This document shows, one piece after another, positions 36,691 to 50,956 of a DNA stretch of 64,000 bases. Under the pieces are notes generated by a model that saw nothing but the letters and a program-made list of their open reading frames with translations, searched no databases and was not told where the DNA came from. Both the position numbers and the translations under genes were made by a program. Position 1 is the stretch's first letter. The number at the start of each line of letters is the position of its first letter. Source of the DNA: Podarcis bocagei (taxonomy: Eukaryota); the NCBI GenBank assembly GCA_964188305.1, contig OZ076886.1; one strand, written 5' to 3'.

Positions 36691-39600
36691 TGTTTTCTTT
36701 GAAAAGTTGGCATCTAAGTGATACTTTGCCTTATCTGTGGTCTATCTCTGCTTGCACTTGGATCTCTGCCAGGCTGCCTGCTTGAGACCAGAAAGTAATC
36801 TCTGGATCATCTCAGAATCAACAGAAGAGAAAAGCAAAAGCTGAGGTTAACTTTAGCCAAAGGAACCACTTTTAAATACTTGTTGATTTTGAATGTGAGT
36901 TTTAGTGTGCAATCCTCTACAAGTTTACCTGGAGGCATGTCTTATTGAGTCTGACAACACTTACTCTCAGGTAAGTGCTTGCAGGATTGCTGCCTTAAGC
37001 ACATGCTGAGGTGGGCAGCTCACCTCCTTCACTGACAGTCTCCAGCTTCTTCTGCCTCCCAGGGAACAAGAGCAGGCCTCTAATCAGAACCATTAAGACA
37101 TAGCTGACTTCACGTAGTAAGTCTGGGGTTGTCTCATGCTTGTGGCTGGATGGAAGCAAAAATGACTGTACTCTCCCTAATTTTGTATTATGCCATGCTC
37201 CTGTGACAGCCATTTTGTGACTGGTGCCCACAACACATTCTCAAAATCCAAAATACATTTGCTGGTCCAAACCAGCTGGCAAACACTTCAGATTTTACAT
37301 TTGCAAACGTGGAGGAACAGCCCTTATTTCTTCTTTGTCCTGGTAGCCCTGGGTACATTCTGAAATCTATCTTTCATCTCATGATACTGTTCTAGTTGTA
37401 TCTGTGCAAGCCCACAGCAGACTCTGGGGCAGCTGAGCTTCTGCTACATCCTTAACCTTGTTTTGTTTAGCATCCAGCCTGATTAGCTCAAAAGCTTGCT
37501 CACAATATTGTGACACTTTGGTTGGATCCCAGTAATGCGATTTCCATAGTATGCATGTAAACAAACAAAACACAATACTTTCAATGCATCAGCACTGCTA
37601 CCCAACTTTGAACACTGATTTTGAATGCTCTTTGTTATAGAATTTAGCATAATAGTTGAGATAACATTGGAAGAAATGAGTTATTTTTTGTTGATCTTCC
37701 ATTGCCATCAGTGGTATTTTAAACACTTTGGGTTGTGGTCAACAGTCTTCCATGTAGCACAGTAGTGGTTTTTTAAAATAGGGAAGGAACCATTCCTGGT
37801 CGTTGTATAACTCATTCCTTATAGAAGTTAGTAACACAGAGGCATTCCATCAATGTTTAGATATGTGAGACTATTTGTATGGTAACTATGAGGCTGTAAA
37901 CTCATACACAAAGGGGCAATAAAGGGGGGAGGGAAGCCTCTGTGTTGGACACACACTTTCTCTCTCACCTCTTTTCCCTGACCTCAACACCCTCCCGCTC
38001 TTCTGGTTAATGTTCAACAGGGAAGATTTCTACTTCCAGTAAACAACTCTTTATCTGTGATCTTTGGCCTGCTTTCTAGGCTGGTATTTGTAACTGAGCA
38101 AAGACCTTTGGAGGTTTGGCACTTGGCAGCAGATTCTTACTGGCCTCCTGGAGAGCTGTGTAGAATGCTTGTCAACAGTTAACGTGCAGCAAACATGGTT
38201 TCAGCATTCGTGGAAGGTGACTTGCTGGCTTTCGCAAGCACTGTCTACAATCCTCTACAAGCAGAGGATTGACTGACTTGTGGTACAATAAAAGCAGAGT
38301 GTGTTGCACAACAAGTACAAAGGCATTTTGCTGCAAAATGTATAGGCAAGGTCACTTAAGGACTTCCCAGATCGGAGAAAAAATGCGAGATAGCAGAGAT
38401 GTGAGATGTGAGATGCATTGCATGGCTTCAACTGACACTTCATCACCCACTAAAAAAAACCCTGGTCTTGCTGCTGTAGGATTTATTTATATTTTTTTTA
38501 AAAATTAAAAATAGCCAATCCGGACTATGCAGGATTTCTAGACTGATAGCTACAGTAGTATGTGTTTTTTCTTTTTTAAAAAAAACCCTGAAGGTGCTCC
38601 CTGCATATGCAATATGTGCTTTAAATTCTCCCCATCCAAATGTTCAAGTATGTATTAGGTCAGGGATTGGATTTGGTGCAAAAGCTTCTCAATGCAGAAA
38701 TGTGAGTGCCTAGCACTAGACAGCTGACCAATTGCTGCCTTGAACATCTCAAACTGCTTTCCATGTCTGATAACAGGAAAATTGTGGCATTACCACTGAT
38801 CAGAGATGGTCCCTGGGTAAGATCCAGCAGAATTCCCTTCTCATAACTGATGGGCCCTAAAAGTAGCAGGTTGGCATGAAGTCTTCTGTAGTAGGAGCTT
38901 CATTCTTCTGTTTTTGCATCATCACTGCAATATATGACAGCATCTATTCACATGTGATGTGTAGTGCATTCAAGTAATTTAGAAAGATGAGGGTAGAATC
39001 ACATTCTCCCTTTGACTTGCTCCAGGAACCAGAGATGAGGGGTTCTTCCACACTGGAACTACTTTCGGGTGGGATTCAGTTACATACCAGAAAAGTCAGA
39101 TTGGGCAATTAAAGTTGATGTGGCAGTCTTGTGCAACAAACTCATTTCTCCCTCACAAAATTTTTGCATTGCACTGAGGTATTCACTCTTGGATGAAGGA
39201 AATGGATTGTCATCAATGAATAGAAGTCTTGCATGTAGGCTTGTTTGGAGATTGTGGGATTGCCTGGGGGATCCAATTGGAAGGTGGTAGGAATAATCAT
39301 TGGAGGATGGTGCTTGTGGCACACAAGCAAAGGCTGCTGTTGGAAAACACACACCACTGAATTCCAATGGGGGAACATTCAGGGCTGGGGGGTGCAAGCA
39401 ACAGCAAGCTGTTAGCTTCAGGGATAATAATAAATTTCTTATATCCTGTCCATCTGACTGGGTTGCCTCAGCCACTCTGGGTGGCTTCCAACAAAAATAC
39501 AGAAGGTTCTGTGGGACTTCAACATCCACAGCAAGACGATTGGCTTTGGGATGGCTTATGACTTCAGAAGGAGTAGAGAAGGAACCAGCTTTGTCTTTAA

Positions 39601-39851
39601 AGCTGCATTTCTTTTTACCGTCCTTTTCACCACTGGGAGGAATGTTTTCATGTGCTTGTAACCATTTTTATGTTTAAACTTTTTTCCTAAGAACAGGCAT
39701 TGTGGGGTTTTTTGTTGTTGTTTTTTGTCCCTTTAGTGCATGCTTCAGTCATGTTTCATGAAACTTGTGTGTTCTGGAACATACCACCCCGTGTCTAGTT
39801 CTATGCTACCCTTGAGCTGCTCTCAAAGAAAACATGGGATTTTTAGGCAGG

Positions 39852-39990
39852 ATCATAGAAGTGTAGAGTTGGAAAGAGCCAAGGTTATCGATCCCAGTCC
39901 TGCTATGCAGAAATCTTTCGCACAATGTGGGTATCGAACCCACGACTCTGAAATTAAGGGTCTCATATCCGACCAACTGAGCTATCCAGC
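39852..39990 (-). mobile_element. tRNA-Lys(CTT)-headed SINE with CR1-type tail
   Basis: Minus strand GCTGGATAGCTCAGTTGGTCGGATATGAGACCCTTAATTTCAGAGTCGTGGGTTCGATACCCACATTGTGCG. Confidence 0.8.
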
Positions 39991-40859
39991 TGAATCCAGC
40001 CGGCTGGTGAAAGGCAGCCTTGTTGAATGCTTTCCCCTGGTGGCAGCAAAAGGCCTAACAGGCAGGGTGGGCAAGCAGAGGGGCGTGCCCAGTATGCACC
40101 TGCGGTACCATGACAACTTCCTTGATGCAACTTCCTGAGCACAGAGCAGCTTCACATAAGAAACAACTGTCTATCAGAAACTAGTTTGAACCTCTTTGAC
40201 CATCCCACTGCTATGTCTGCTCCTCCCCACTTTCTTCTCCCACACCCATAAAAAAATCAGTGGGGCCTTTTGTGGGGAGGAGCAGAAGAAACTGCTTAGA
40301 GGCCTGCATCTCTGAGAACTGGGGTTAGACACCATTTTAGTTTACTGGCAGTGCTATTTTAAATTAATTGCATATTAAAACAATTTTCCAACGTTCAGTA
40401 TATAGAGATAGATCCAGGTGTTCCTGAAGCCTGAGTGCATGGTCTGAAACATGCGAGGTGGGGGTAGGGGTGGCAGCAGTGACCCATTTTTTCTGATTAA
40501 GTAGCATTCTGCTGAGACACCGGTGTCATTAAATGCTTGTCTCCCCAGTAGAAATTCAACTAGTAAGGTGTTTCCTGGCATGCTGGTGCAGTGGTAAGTT
40601 GCACCAGAGGAATTTCCACATGTGTTGCGAAGTTTCAAAAGGTACAGAAGCCCTGCCTAGGGCAGGATCAAAAATAGATGACAGCAATTTGTATTGCTAA
40701 TATTCTCCATCCTGTGGGCTGAGGAGCAGGCTTGGAGACTGACTGATAACACTGAAGACGTTTGGCCACAGGCCCAAGTTGCTGTGCTGGAGAGGGAGAG
40801 AGATTTTCCTCTGAAGAAATATTAGCAGGCCACATAATAGGCTGCATAGGTACCTGGCT

Positions 40860-43800
40860 TATATTTTATGAATTTCAACAATGAAACACTCAATAGAAAG
40901 GTTTCGCTCATTGCACTGTAATATTGGTAAACTCTCACCAGAAGTTAGAAATAACGAAGGCTTGTTCACTTTATAAAGGAAAGGCTTTTTTATTTTTCTG
41001 TTTGTGATGATTACAAACTCATCTAAAAAAGCAAAAATGACTTTTAAAATATCAATATACATTTTCTTTATCTAAAAAGCAAAACAGATAAAACTGCAAA
41101 ATACAAACATTTACGGTATACACAAATAAAATCTAATTTTTTTCTGGGTTGAAGTACACTCCAAATTCTTATTCCTATACAAATATTCCTTTCTGGAACA
41201 ATAAGAATGACAAACGACAACAGGTTTAAAATGTCTTCTTAAAAAATTATTCTCAAAAAATTATTTTTTAAAAGGAGGAGAGCCTGGTGTCCTCTCCAAT
41301 CCACCTGGCTACTCCTGACAGATGCTAGTCACAAGTGTGAATTCAAATAATAATTCCAAAATGCTCACCACTGTTTTTAGTAGACTAAAGAGGCTGTCAT
41401 GTCTTATTTTTATAACTGTAGAGCCCCTGGAGATGCAATCCTTTGAAAACCGCTACAGCACAATACAGCAACAACACAAACAATGTTCTATTACAACAGT
41501 GAATGTATCAGAGCACTGCACTGACTGCTTCGAGGGGAGGTGGGAAGGGACATTTATGAACAGCCTCAGACTGTCCTTTGGTTCCTGCCATCTAACCTTG
41601 TCCTTCCTTAAAATAAGTCACACGCTCACATACACACAGACAGACAGACAAGCATTGCCCTTCTGCAGCTGACGGTTAGCCATTTGGCAGCTCATCTGTT
41701 ACCCTGTCCTTCCAGAGAGTTTTTCAACTCAGTTGCCTAGCTGCCCATAGGAAGGGGTTGGCTTCCAGCCTTAGGCCAACTTGCTTCCGCAATGCATAGG
41801 GCTCAGCAAACGCATCTGAGCTAGAAAACTCCTTCCGGCCCCAACCCTAACTTAACAATATTCCAGCTGCAATCCTAATAATATTTATAGGAAAATGAGC
41901 TCCCTTGAACATTTTGAAGAGCAGGCTGCGTGTCTGCGTATCTGGGTTCATCTTTGAGCCAGCCGGCTACTAAGTAGATATCAGTTAAGTGGATTGCAGA
42001 ACTTGAGAATATCTTTTTGTGTTGTTTTTTTTTTTAAAGGAAATAAGGGGTTAATTTTCTTTTAGCACATTTTACTTCTATTCCCCCCCCAAAAAAAAAT
42101 TAAACTGAACTTATCATGGGAATTTTCAGATCTAGTTCCATAGCTAGTATTAGTGCTGTCAGTGGAATTCCTAAGGCTATCGTTTAAAAATAAGCTACCA
42201 CATTTTATTTCCTGACAAAGGAATGCACATCTTATCATTTTTGCCCACCCCTCCAGCCTTCCATAAAGTACTAACAGGCAACCAACAGCCTAATCCACAA
42301 CTTGTTCATGCTGTAGGACTGGGACTTCTATGGATTTAGTACCATAGAAGACGAGGCAGAATTGGCTTAAATCAAAATACTTTGGCTTAACTGAATTGCA
42401 GACTAGGCTGTCAGCAGATACTTTTAGAGATTTAGATAGAGACAGGTGGAATACACAGCTCCTTTCCAGAAGGAACTAGGAAACCAACATGTGGTCTAAA
42501 ATTACATTCTTCCTGCCAAGCGTTTAGCACAATTAGGACTCCCACTCTAAATTTAAGCAAACCAATGTGAAACTGTAGAGCTTGAATCTGGATGATTTCC
42601 AAGCATCCTTGTCCATTTTCAATATTCTTTAATCATATATTGGAAGGAGGTTTCAAATTCTAACCATGGCTGAGATTGAGCTCTGGATAAAAGTGGTACA
42701 GTTCAGAGACTGGCATCTGAACATTTGTGAAGAAAGCTGGGTTGTGCTCCTGGATTTCAACTTGGATTTGGGTTCCAACCCGCCTCCAGTCCCAAACAGA
42801 TGGCATCCAAGTTTGGGTTCATCATTCCATATGCTAAAACAATTTTTTCCTTTAGTGTACAGTTCTTGCAAAAAAATCAAACACGGCAAGGTAGTTCAGA
42901 ACATCACTACCTTTTCCCATACAGGAAAGCACCAAGTTTTTATACTACACTGATCACTATTAAAAGAAAAATAATGAAGAACCATTGTGCCTCAGTGGAG
43001 ATGTGATTGTTCCTTTAAAATCTTATTTGAGCTTCTGTTCAGCACAGTTTCACCAGTCAATATGATTTACTCAATACAGCATGGAAATCACCTTCAGTTT
43101 ATAACAGGCTAGCAACTACAGACTTCTAAAAAATGCTACAGAGGAAAGGTGTTTTTTTTAACTAAATGCTTTGAGTTCAGGTCCTCTCAAGCAAAGAAAG
43201 CTGTGCAAACCTTACAACTGTCTAGTGCCCTACTGGCTGATGGACAGAGAGGCAATAATGGCTGAGGGTTGTACCCAATGGTGTCCCTCTGTAGATGGAA
43301 GTCTCTTTGATCCACTGAAGGTTTACACATACAGAAACAGGAGGACAAGCAGGGAGAAGATGCAATTGCTGCTGATTCTCCGTTCCCTCTGCAGTCCCCT
43401 AAATCTGATCCAGAGATTTGGGGAGCCCTTTGGTAGTGCAGGGCAATGCAGGAGTAAGAGGGGACTTGCAAAAAACAATCTCTCGCTTTCCACCATGGAA
43501 GCCACCACTAGAGAAAGCAGCCTTTTGCCAGTCAGGAGAGGTACAACTGGATACAACCCTGAAACACTTCTTGCCTCTTTGAAATTGTTTCCTGGTGGCA
43601 TTTGGAAGTGGAGACCTGCTATGTATATTACTCAGAAGCATGCCCCATTGCACATGATGGTGCTTAACCTCTAAGTAAACATGGGTTAAGGTCACACCAT
43701 AAATGAAAAATTACATTACTCTTTAAGGCTTAAAGCAAAGCACAGTAATTTCTGTTGCCATAGCAGCACACACCTTCTCGTTGCACAAATTAGCTGCAAG

Positions 43801-46800
43801 TTTCCTTCCATCAGCCTTGACTGCTCACCTATCCTCCAGCCATTCCTCTTCCCTCTGCCTCCCTAGGCTTGCCTCAGCAGCTGCCCAGCCCAGCTGTTGC
43901 TGCTTAAATAACAAAACACCCGGGTTTTTGGTTGCTCAAAACGTCCATGCTCTGATTCTGATGCTTATTCTGCCTTGCGGATTCAATCTGACCAGAACCA
44001 CATACATAGTTTTGAAGCAAAGTGTAAATAATGAGAATTAACTCAATTTTTCCCCTAATTTACAGTATGTATAAATATTTTGTAAATGTGTACTTCTGGT
44101 TATATTGTTATTAACTGATACCTCTCAACGAGATTGTGACTAATGATGAATTAATGCTGAAAGTTTGGAAGATGTGTCCTTCTCTTACACTAAAGTTACC
44201 AGACAACTCTGGAAACTGCTTTGGTCAGAACCAGATCTGCAACTGTTGGTTGCAGGTGTCTTGAACGTCCAAGTGATCTGTAACTGGACATTTCTGGAAT
44301 TCATCCAAATCAAGAACACTGTTTCAAGAACATGTCCCTTTTCCAAACCCACAAAGCATTCAAGGTATGCTCTCATTCTCTCCCCACTTTTTTTTTTTTT
44401 TTTTGAAATGCAATCACTTATGTGAACAAACATTTATGCTATTCCGCCCTCCCTCCCCCATCACCCTGAATCCAAACCAGTTCACCAACAGTTAGTCACA
44501 ATACTGAATATTTAACAACTTAGTTACAAAATAACAGATAAAATAGGCCACAAAGTTCTACAAAGTAAATTAGAAAAAAAACCAGTCTTTCTTTTTTTTC
44601 AATCATAAATAAGTAGAAAATACAAACAGTTGTTTACAATGTCCCCCTAACCCTGCCCCCACTCCCACCCCGTGCCCTTTAATTTGGCAGAATCTACTGT
44701 TGACATTCAGATTTACCACATTCGATTATTCAGAGATTTTGCGGTGTGAAAATGTGCTCCTTGGAACAGAAAACCTAGGGATGACAGGCTGTGTTAAACT
44801 TGAGTGAGGCTTTGCTCACTCCCACCCGCCCCCAATTACACTAGCTAGCATAACTTTTTAAGGTCACTGTGTATATGCCTATAAAACCCTTTCACCCTCA
44901 ACATGGAAGCTACTGATTCAAATGGCACAGCTTAACCTCAAAATGGGCTGGAACTCTAAAGGCGCAGGACTGATTCTTTCTGGTTTTGTTCTGGAAATTC
45001 ATCCTCCCACAATATGTGCTTAGAGTATCCCCTGGTTGATTATATTTGCACTGGTATCATCAGCTGCTTTGGAAAGCCTGAACTCATTTATTTACTTGCT
45101 TATCAAAATATACACTGCACCGTATTTAGGTCAATGTGCACCAGGGAGAGTCAAGGGAATTCAGTTAAGATCTGCTTCTGGCCTAACTCCTCATTGCTCC
45201 CCAATAGCATGAAAAGAGACAATACAAGTCTGACCTGTGCTTATTAAATTGGAGTCCTACTTTGGCTAGCAATGAGGCTTGGATGAGAGAGGTCAGCTTT
45301 CCCTTGGCTGCCTTAGCCCTCCAGGTTAAGCTTTTCAGCTGGTAGGGGCTAGGATTTGAGAATGATGCTATCATGTCATCACATATTATGGAAGTGTTTG
45401 GCTTAAGGCTCTTCCAGTAGGATGGTCACTGGAAAATGAAAGCCCTGACCCTGGCCACCTGTGTGTACTCAAAGTTCAGTTCCCTCGCACAAAAATAAAT
45501 TTGAGACTCTTACCTTAAAAAAAAAAAGTCAGCTATACAAGAAACTTGAAATAACTGTGCTTTGGTCCTTTTTTATTTAAAGTTGTTGTTTCCATTTCAT
45601 ATAAAACCTGACATGACTTAGCAAGCATTTGTAAAGCCAATACGCTGTGGCCAATGAGAGCATGGGACACACGTAGACATTTTCTTAGGTTTTCTTTTTT
45701 CTTTAAAAAAAATGTAATTAGGAATGTTTTTAAATACTGGCTAGGTTCCAGTTTAAACTACAGTATCTGTCACTGACAGACTAAACTGGCTACAGGTACT
45801 CAGGTAAAGGCTTTGCTGCCATTTCTGGCTTACAATCCTGCCCATATTGCGTTTAGTGCCAATACTCACTTAAAAGGGGGCACCACCTCCCCCAAGATCA
45901 ATGCCCATATGGGAGGGTCTAAGAGCCTTTATCCAACATCATCTTATTACCTTCCATAAGAACCAGGGCTTGGTCAAACTGAGGTGAGATTTCCAGAAGC
46001 AAATCCTTATTCCTGAGGTAAGTGGGAAAGTTCTGTATGCTTAGTTCATTGATGAAAAATCTTGTTCAGATGTTTCATGCCTCATCCAAACTAAAATGCC
46101 TTTGTAGCTCATTTCATCTTCTTGTGCTTCCTTATCTCCATACGATACAAATGATGACTCTACTTAAATGCCTGTGAGGATCAGGATCTAAGTCTGCCTC
46201 CTGCATCTCCTCCTTTCTCTCTCTCTCACTCAGCTGCATGTCCTGAATAGTCCTGCGCTGCAGTAGCTTCCTCAGCAGTGGGTCTAGAGGTCCATTTCAG
46301 GTTTTATAGTGACCGATATGCTACTACGCTGCTTTGAATGATACAGGCCCAACACTCCTTTCTGTGAACTAGAAATGATAAATTTTGGCAAGTTTGGGGT
46401 TTCAAAAATGCTTCAGAATTGCACAGCGCTTTTGCAGCATCCTTGCAAATGCTGCACTTCTATACGTGCTCTTTGACAGCAAGCTATCTTTCTAAGAAAA
46501 TTCAAGTCAAAGCCAGTTCATTTCTCGAGTACGGCCTGCGGAAGACGGGCCAGTCCCCACATCACTTTGCTTCAGTCCACTCTGCCGACCTGTTAAGTTA
46601 CTCTCGTGTCTCAAAAAGTAACCCAAGAGGAGATCTGGGACACATGGCGGCTTCAGAGAAACCCTTCTATACCAACAATAGTAGTAGAACAACACAAAGG
46701 TCTGCATGTCTTTCTCAGAAGTCTACATATAAACTCTGCCTGTGTTGGGATATTAGACACAGAACTGGCTTAGGGAAGACAGGACTCGTGGGATGTAGAA

Positions 46801-47693
46801 AGTGGCCCTGAGAGGGTACTGCCTGGCAAAATGCCACCCAAGCAGGAATGACCTTGCCACCCTCTTGCAGGCTTTTCGCACAGAAACCGTACTCGGGAGA
46901 TGGCTGCTGCGTGGATTGTTCCCTTGGTTCCCAACTGCTCCCAATTCCCACCCCATATTGCAGCTTTTCCAATTACAAGCACACAAATATATATCTACAA
47001 TCTCTCTATATTTTACATGGACCACAATAAGCACAAAAGCATGTACCCTTTCCTGCTTTAATTCTCCCCACTTGAACCAGAGGAAGATAGTGCCACACCT
47101 TTGAAAACCAGTTTCTTAAAACAACATAAGCATTAAAAAAGCAAATGCCTCCAGTGAGATATTCACTTTCTTAAGTTTTGGTTTTACCCTGTTCGCAACC
47201 ACACCAGCACCTAAAGAAATTTGAAATGTGTATATGCATATATTTATATATGTTGTGTGTTGGCATAATCCTATATATGTTTACTCAGAAGTAAGTCCCA
47301 CTGTGTTCAGTGGGGCATAATCCCAAGAAATGTGCATAGGATTGCAGCCCATGTATATATTGCTGGCAAGAAAATCAACTCAAGTGGTAAAGTGGTATCA
47401 TGAATAGGCGTTAGATAGATATGTTGCGTGGAGAGAGAGAAAATTAGTAAATTCCTGCAGTGTGCCTAATTTGATATGAAAGCTCTGCCTCTAAATAGAG
47501 CGAGAGGCATCCACTGTGATTTACTTTACAAAATATTAAAAAATAAAAACTGAACACACAAAAAATAACTTTCTCTGTGAGAAATAAAAATAAATCCTAG
47601 TGCAAATATAAAGCTCTGTAAACCTGGTCCTATGAGAGATTCTATGGTTAGTAAACGGCAGTTTTAAAGCAGGCGTCTTCTCATAGAGAGAGC
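40860..47693 (-). other. SLC6A6: Probable long SLC6A6 3'UTR
   Basis: Follows the stop codon; repeat-poor and U-rich on the minus strand; AATAAA at 45572-45577 and 40989-40994. End point inferred. Confidence 0.55.
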
Positions 47694-47834
47694 TCACATC
47701 ATTGTCTCCACGATGATATGAGTTGGCTTGATCAGTTCTCCATTGGCCATTCCAGGAGGGCAGAAGGGGGCAGCACTCTCTGTTTCTTTCTCCCACCGAG
47801 TTATCTCACGAGGGGCAGCCACTGTCTTCACCCT
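47694..47834 (-). CDS. SLC6A6: SLC6A6 terminal coding exon (RVKTVAAPREITRWEKETESAAPFCPPGMANGELIKPTHIIVETMM*)
   Basis: cag| acceptor, 141 bp; KPTHIIVETMM C-terminus is characteristic of TauT. Confidence 0.96.
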   Translation of the reverse strand, partial: RVKTVAAPREITRWEKETESAAPFCPPGMANGELIKPTHIIVETMM

Positions 47835-48644
47835 CTGGAAAGAGAAAGGGAAACACGGTATTTGGCTTCCAAATCATTATGGAGTGAAAAAGCCTAACTT
47901 TACAGATACATGAATGTGGGCAGATTTTCCCTCCTCTCCTTATAAGAACATAAGCAAAGTCCAACCAGATGCCCCCTAAACTTGTTCTGGGGGCTTCCCC
48001 AATGCTCCAGAGCAGATGGGGGGGCATGTGGGAAGAGGAAATGGAAGCATAATTGCATGAGTGGACCTTGTTCTATGCACACAATTTAGTGGAATCCAAA
48101 TGTGTATGACTGAACTGGCAGTGATGACCAGAAAAAAATCACCGGCAAGGGCGAGGTGGGGAGAGGTTATGGTAGACATGCATCAACTCAGCCTGCAGCA
48201 GCTGGAGAAAAAACCTGAATATCATACTAGGAATTGTTAGGAAAGGGGCTGAAAATAAAACTGCCAGTATTATAATACCAATATCTATGATGTAGCACAC
48301 TTGAAATAGCACACTGGGTCATATTCAGCAAACTCATTGCACCAGCAGAAGGTAGTACAAGGATTCCCACATTAATTCCTTCTTCCTCCTGTGCTGTTCC
48401 CAAAACAGCTCTGGAGGGTTGGGGCAACCCCCAGAAAAGATCAAGGGAAGGCACAAGGAAAGAAGGTCCCATCTTGCAAGGAAAATCCTTGTGCTGACAG
48501 CACCTTAGCAGTAGCACTGCAATGAACACAAGCCAATGCCAACAGTTCTGGTTGCTGCATCTAAAAAAAAGGGGGGGAGGAGGAATATTGTAGAACAGGA
48601 AAGGGTATAGAAAAGGACAGCTCCGCTGTGTGGAAAGATTAGAA

Positions 48645-49248
48645 ATGGGGTTTTCTGGTTTAGAAAAAAAGGTCAGAGAAGACATGACAGAGTTGTGTAA
48701 AATGATGCATAGTGTGGAAAAAGAGGAGAGACCTATCTCTTTCACACTCAGTCAGTCAGTCAGTCACACACACACACACACACACACACAGTCATCCAAG
48801 AGAACTTAATGGGTAGCCTGTTTTCAAATATTGCATTTTAAATGGATATAACCTGTCTTGGGACCTTATGGTGAAGGGTAATCAATAAACTGAATAGATT
48901 TGGCACAAAGGAGATGGAGTATTTCTTCATACAGTACGTTGCTAAGTGAGGGAATTGGCTGCTGCAAAATGTCGGTGGCACAGTGGCTGCCGCCTTAGAT
49001 GGCTTTTTAAAAGGGATTAGACCCATTGATGGAAGGTAGGGCTATCAGTGGCTACCCATCACGATGCCTGTATGCTTCCTCGGGATCAGAGACACCATGC
49101 TTCTGAGTTATTCAAGTCACTAGTGAACAAATGAAGGAGGGTGCTGCTTGTGGGTTTCCCGCAAGGATATGACTTTGGGGGGGGGAGGGAAGTGTTGAAA
49201 TAAATATGCCTTTGGAATGTTTTGGCAGGGCTGCTCTTATGTATTCAC
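48645..49248 (+). mobile_element. Old degraded CR1/L3 LINE 3' portion
   Basis: Remnant ORF2-end sequence (TTCTTCATACAG...TTAGATGGCTTTTTAAAAGGGATTAGAC) and a CTCTTATGT-like tail. Confidence 0.65.
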
Positions 49249-50124
49249 AGTTCAAATGCCAAAAATGTTGGTTCATGACCATGAAGTGGATTTAGTTTGA
49301 ACGTCCAAGCCACTGCTCATGAGACGAGATGAGATCAGAAAACTGATTTTGTTACTGGGAGAAAGTGTGATAATGCAAAGAACAAGAAGGCAACACAGAA
49401 GAAAGGTTTTGGGGAAAGCTGGTGTGAGTAATATGCAGTGAGCATCACTTAGACCTGAGGTACTGATAAGTTACTGCTTCCACTAGGTGGCTCTCTTAAC
49501 TCAGTAGTGCAGCTGATGCAGGCCAGATCCTTCCACACAGCACACTATGTAGCTAGAATGCCCATCTATGGTGCAGTACCCGGAAGGGAGGCTGCACACT
49601 CAACATGTGGACCCCACAGGTGGAGCTTCATGTCTTTACTAGGGCTCTTGTCAAAGTACAATCATCAAAAGCTAGGCTGACTTGTCTGAGATTCCAGTAT
49701 AGCAACTAGGCAGAGGACTGCTACTCATGCAACTCTTATACTCAGGCAAAATAGTAATAGCGCAAAATAGATGAGTCCTGGATTTATTTAAAAAGGATAA
49801 ATATTTGAAGCTTGCCCCTTTAGAAATATATGCAAATAGAAGTCCTATACTGGGGGGAAAGCCTGCTACATGTTGCATAACACAATGAAGGAATTAGTAA
49901 GTTAACTGTATTGACTCCTGATTGTAAACTATTTATTAGAATGAATATATTTGAGTGTTATTATTTAAAATACATGCTGTTTAAAAACTGATAATTAATT
50001 AAAAATATATTAATAAAAAGGCCTATATTATTGCCTGGTTACTGTTTCTGTGCATTTGATTATTACAGTACCAAATGCTTGCACACTTCCTATGTGCTAG
50101 AGTCTGGGCATTTTATACCTGGGT

Positions 50125-50236
50125 AGACCCGGAAGCTGTACGCCGGCTCCCTCAGCCAATAAAGCGAGATGAGCGCCGCAACCCCAGAGTCGGTGACAAC
50201 TGGACCTAATGGTCAGGGGTCCCTTTACCTTTACCT
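50125..50236 (+). mobile_element. 5'-truncated Sauria SINE
   Basis: CCCGGAAGCTGTACGCCGGCTCCC...GGTCAGGGGTCCCTTTACCTTTACCT. Confidence 0.9.
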
Positions 50237-50956
50237 ATTTCCACTCCAGTAAGTACTATTGCAAAGAAGTCCCTTTAAGAAATGGTGTGAGAGGCAAGCA
50301 GAGGGCCCCCATTTGGATAATTCTTAGAATATTGGTCTTCTTTAACTAGATGATCATGACCACAGCAGCACTACCAACATACAAATGTAAGATTGAAAGA
50401 ATAAGGAAGCGTGTCTTCAAAAAGATGTTTGGGCTAAATAAGGTCCCAGGTTGGAAAAGATTGGAAATTACTGTACTGGCTTAGAGGAATCAACTTGGAT
50501 AGAGAGGGCTTTGTGGTTTGTAAATGGACACCAGTTCTTTTAGCAAATACTACAATCCCATGCATTTCTAACTTCGCTCTGCACTGGCCGCGTTTCAGCT
50601 GTCCAGAAGCTAAAATTATTGAGCACCTGTATTCTCTTCCAGAATGTAAATATGACTAAAGCAACAGGCATCTTATTTAATTGCACTGAACCTTGTCCAG
50701 TTCAACAGAGGAACTCTGCTATGCCTTGTTTTAAGCATTGTGAATGCACCAAAATAACAGAGCCTGTAAAATTGCCCTATCCACTGAATGAATGACCAGG
50801 AAAAACTTTTGTAGACGTAGAAATGATGTATGTGCACTGGAAATAGCCTGGTTCCTGCAGCAAAGCACTGAAGTTGAGGCTGGGAAGGCAGTTGCGGAGA
50901 AAAAAGCTTGTGAGGACCAGTGTGCATTCTTATGCGCTTCCAGGTTGTTGACTTAC

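Noticed and set aside
39905-39990. tRNA-Lys-like sequences (also 10545-10616) and the tRNA-Ile-like sequence at 17360-17432 as real tRNA genes
   Set aside because: Stems are mismatched and each is fused to a CR1-type tail, so they are SINE heads.
43171-43674. 167-aa + strand ORF
   Set aside because: Non-ATG start, antisense within the predicted SLC6A6 3'UTR, no family resemblance or splice context.
48227-48745. 172-aa minus strand ORF
   Set aside because: Begins in a degraded CR1 read in antisense; low-complexity sequence; no recognisable homology.
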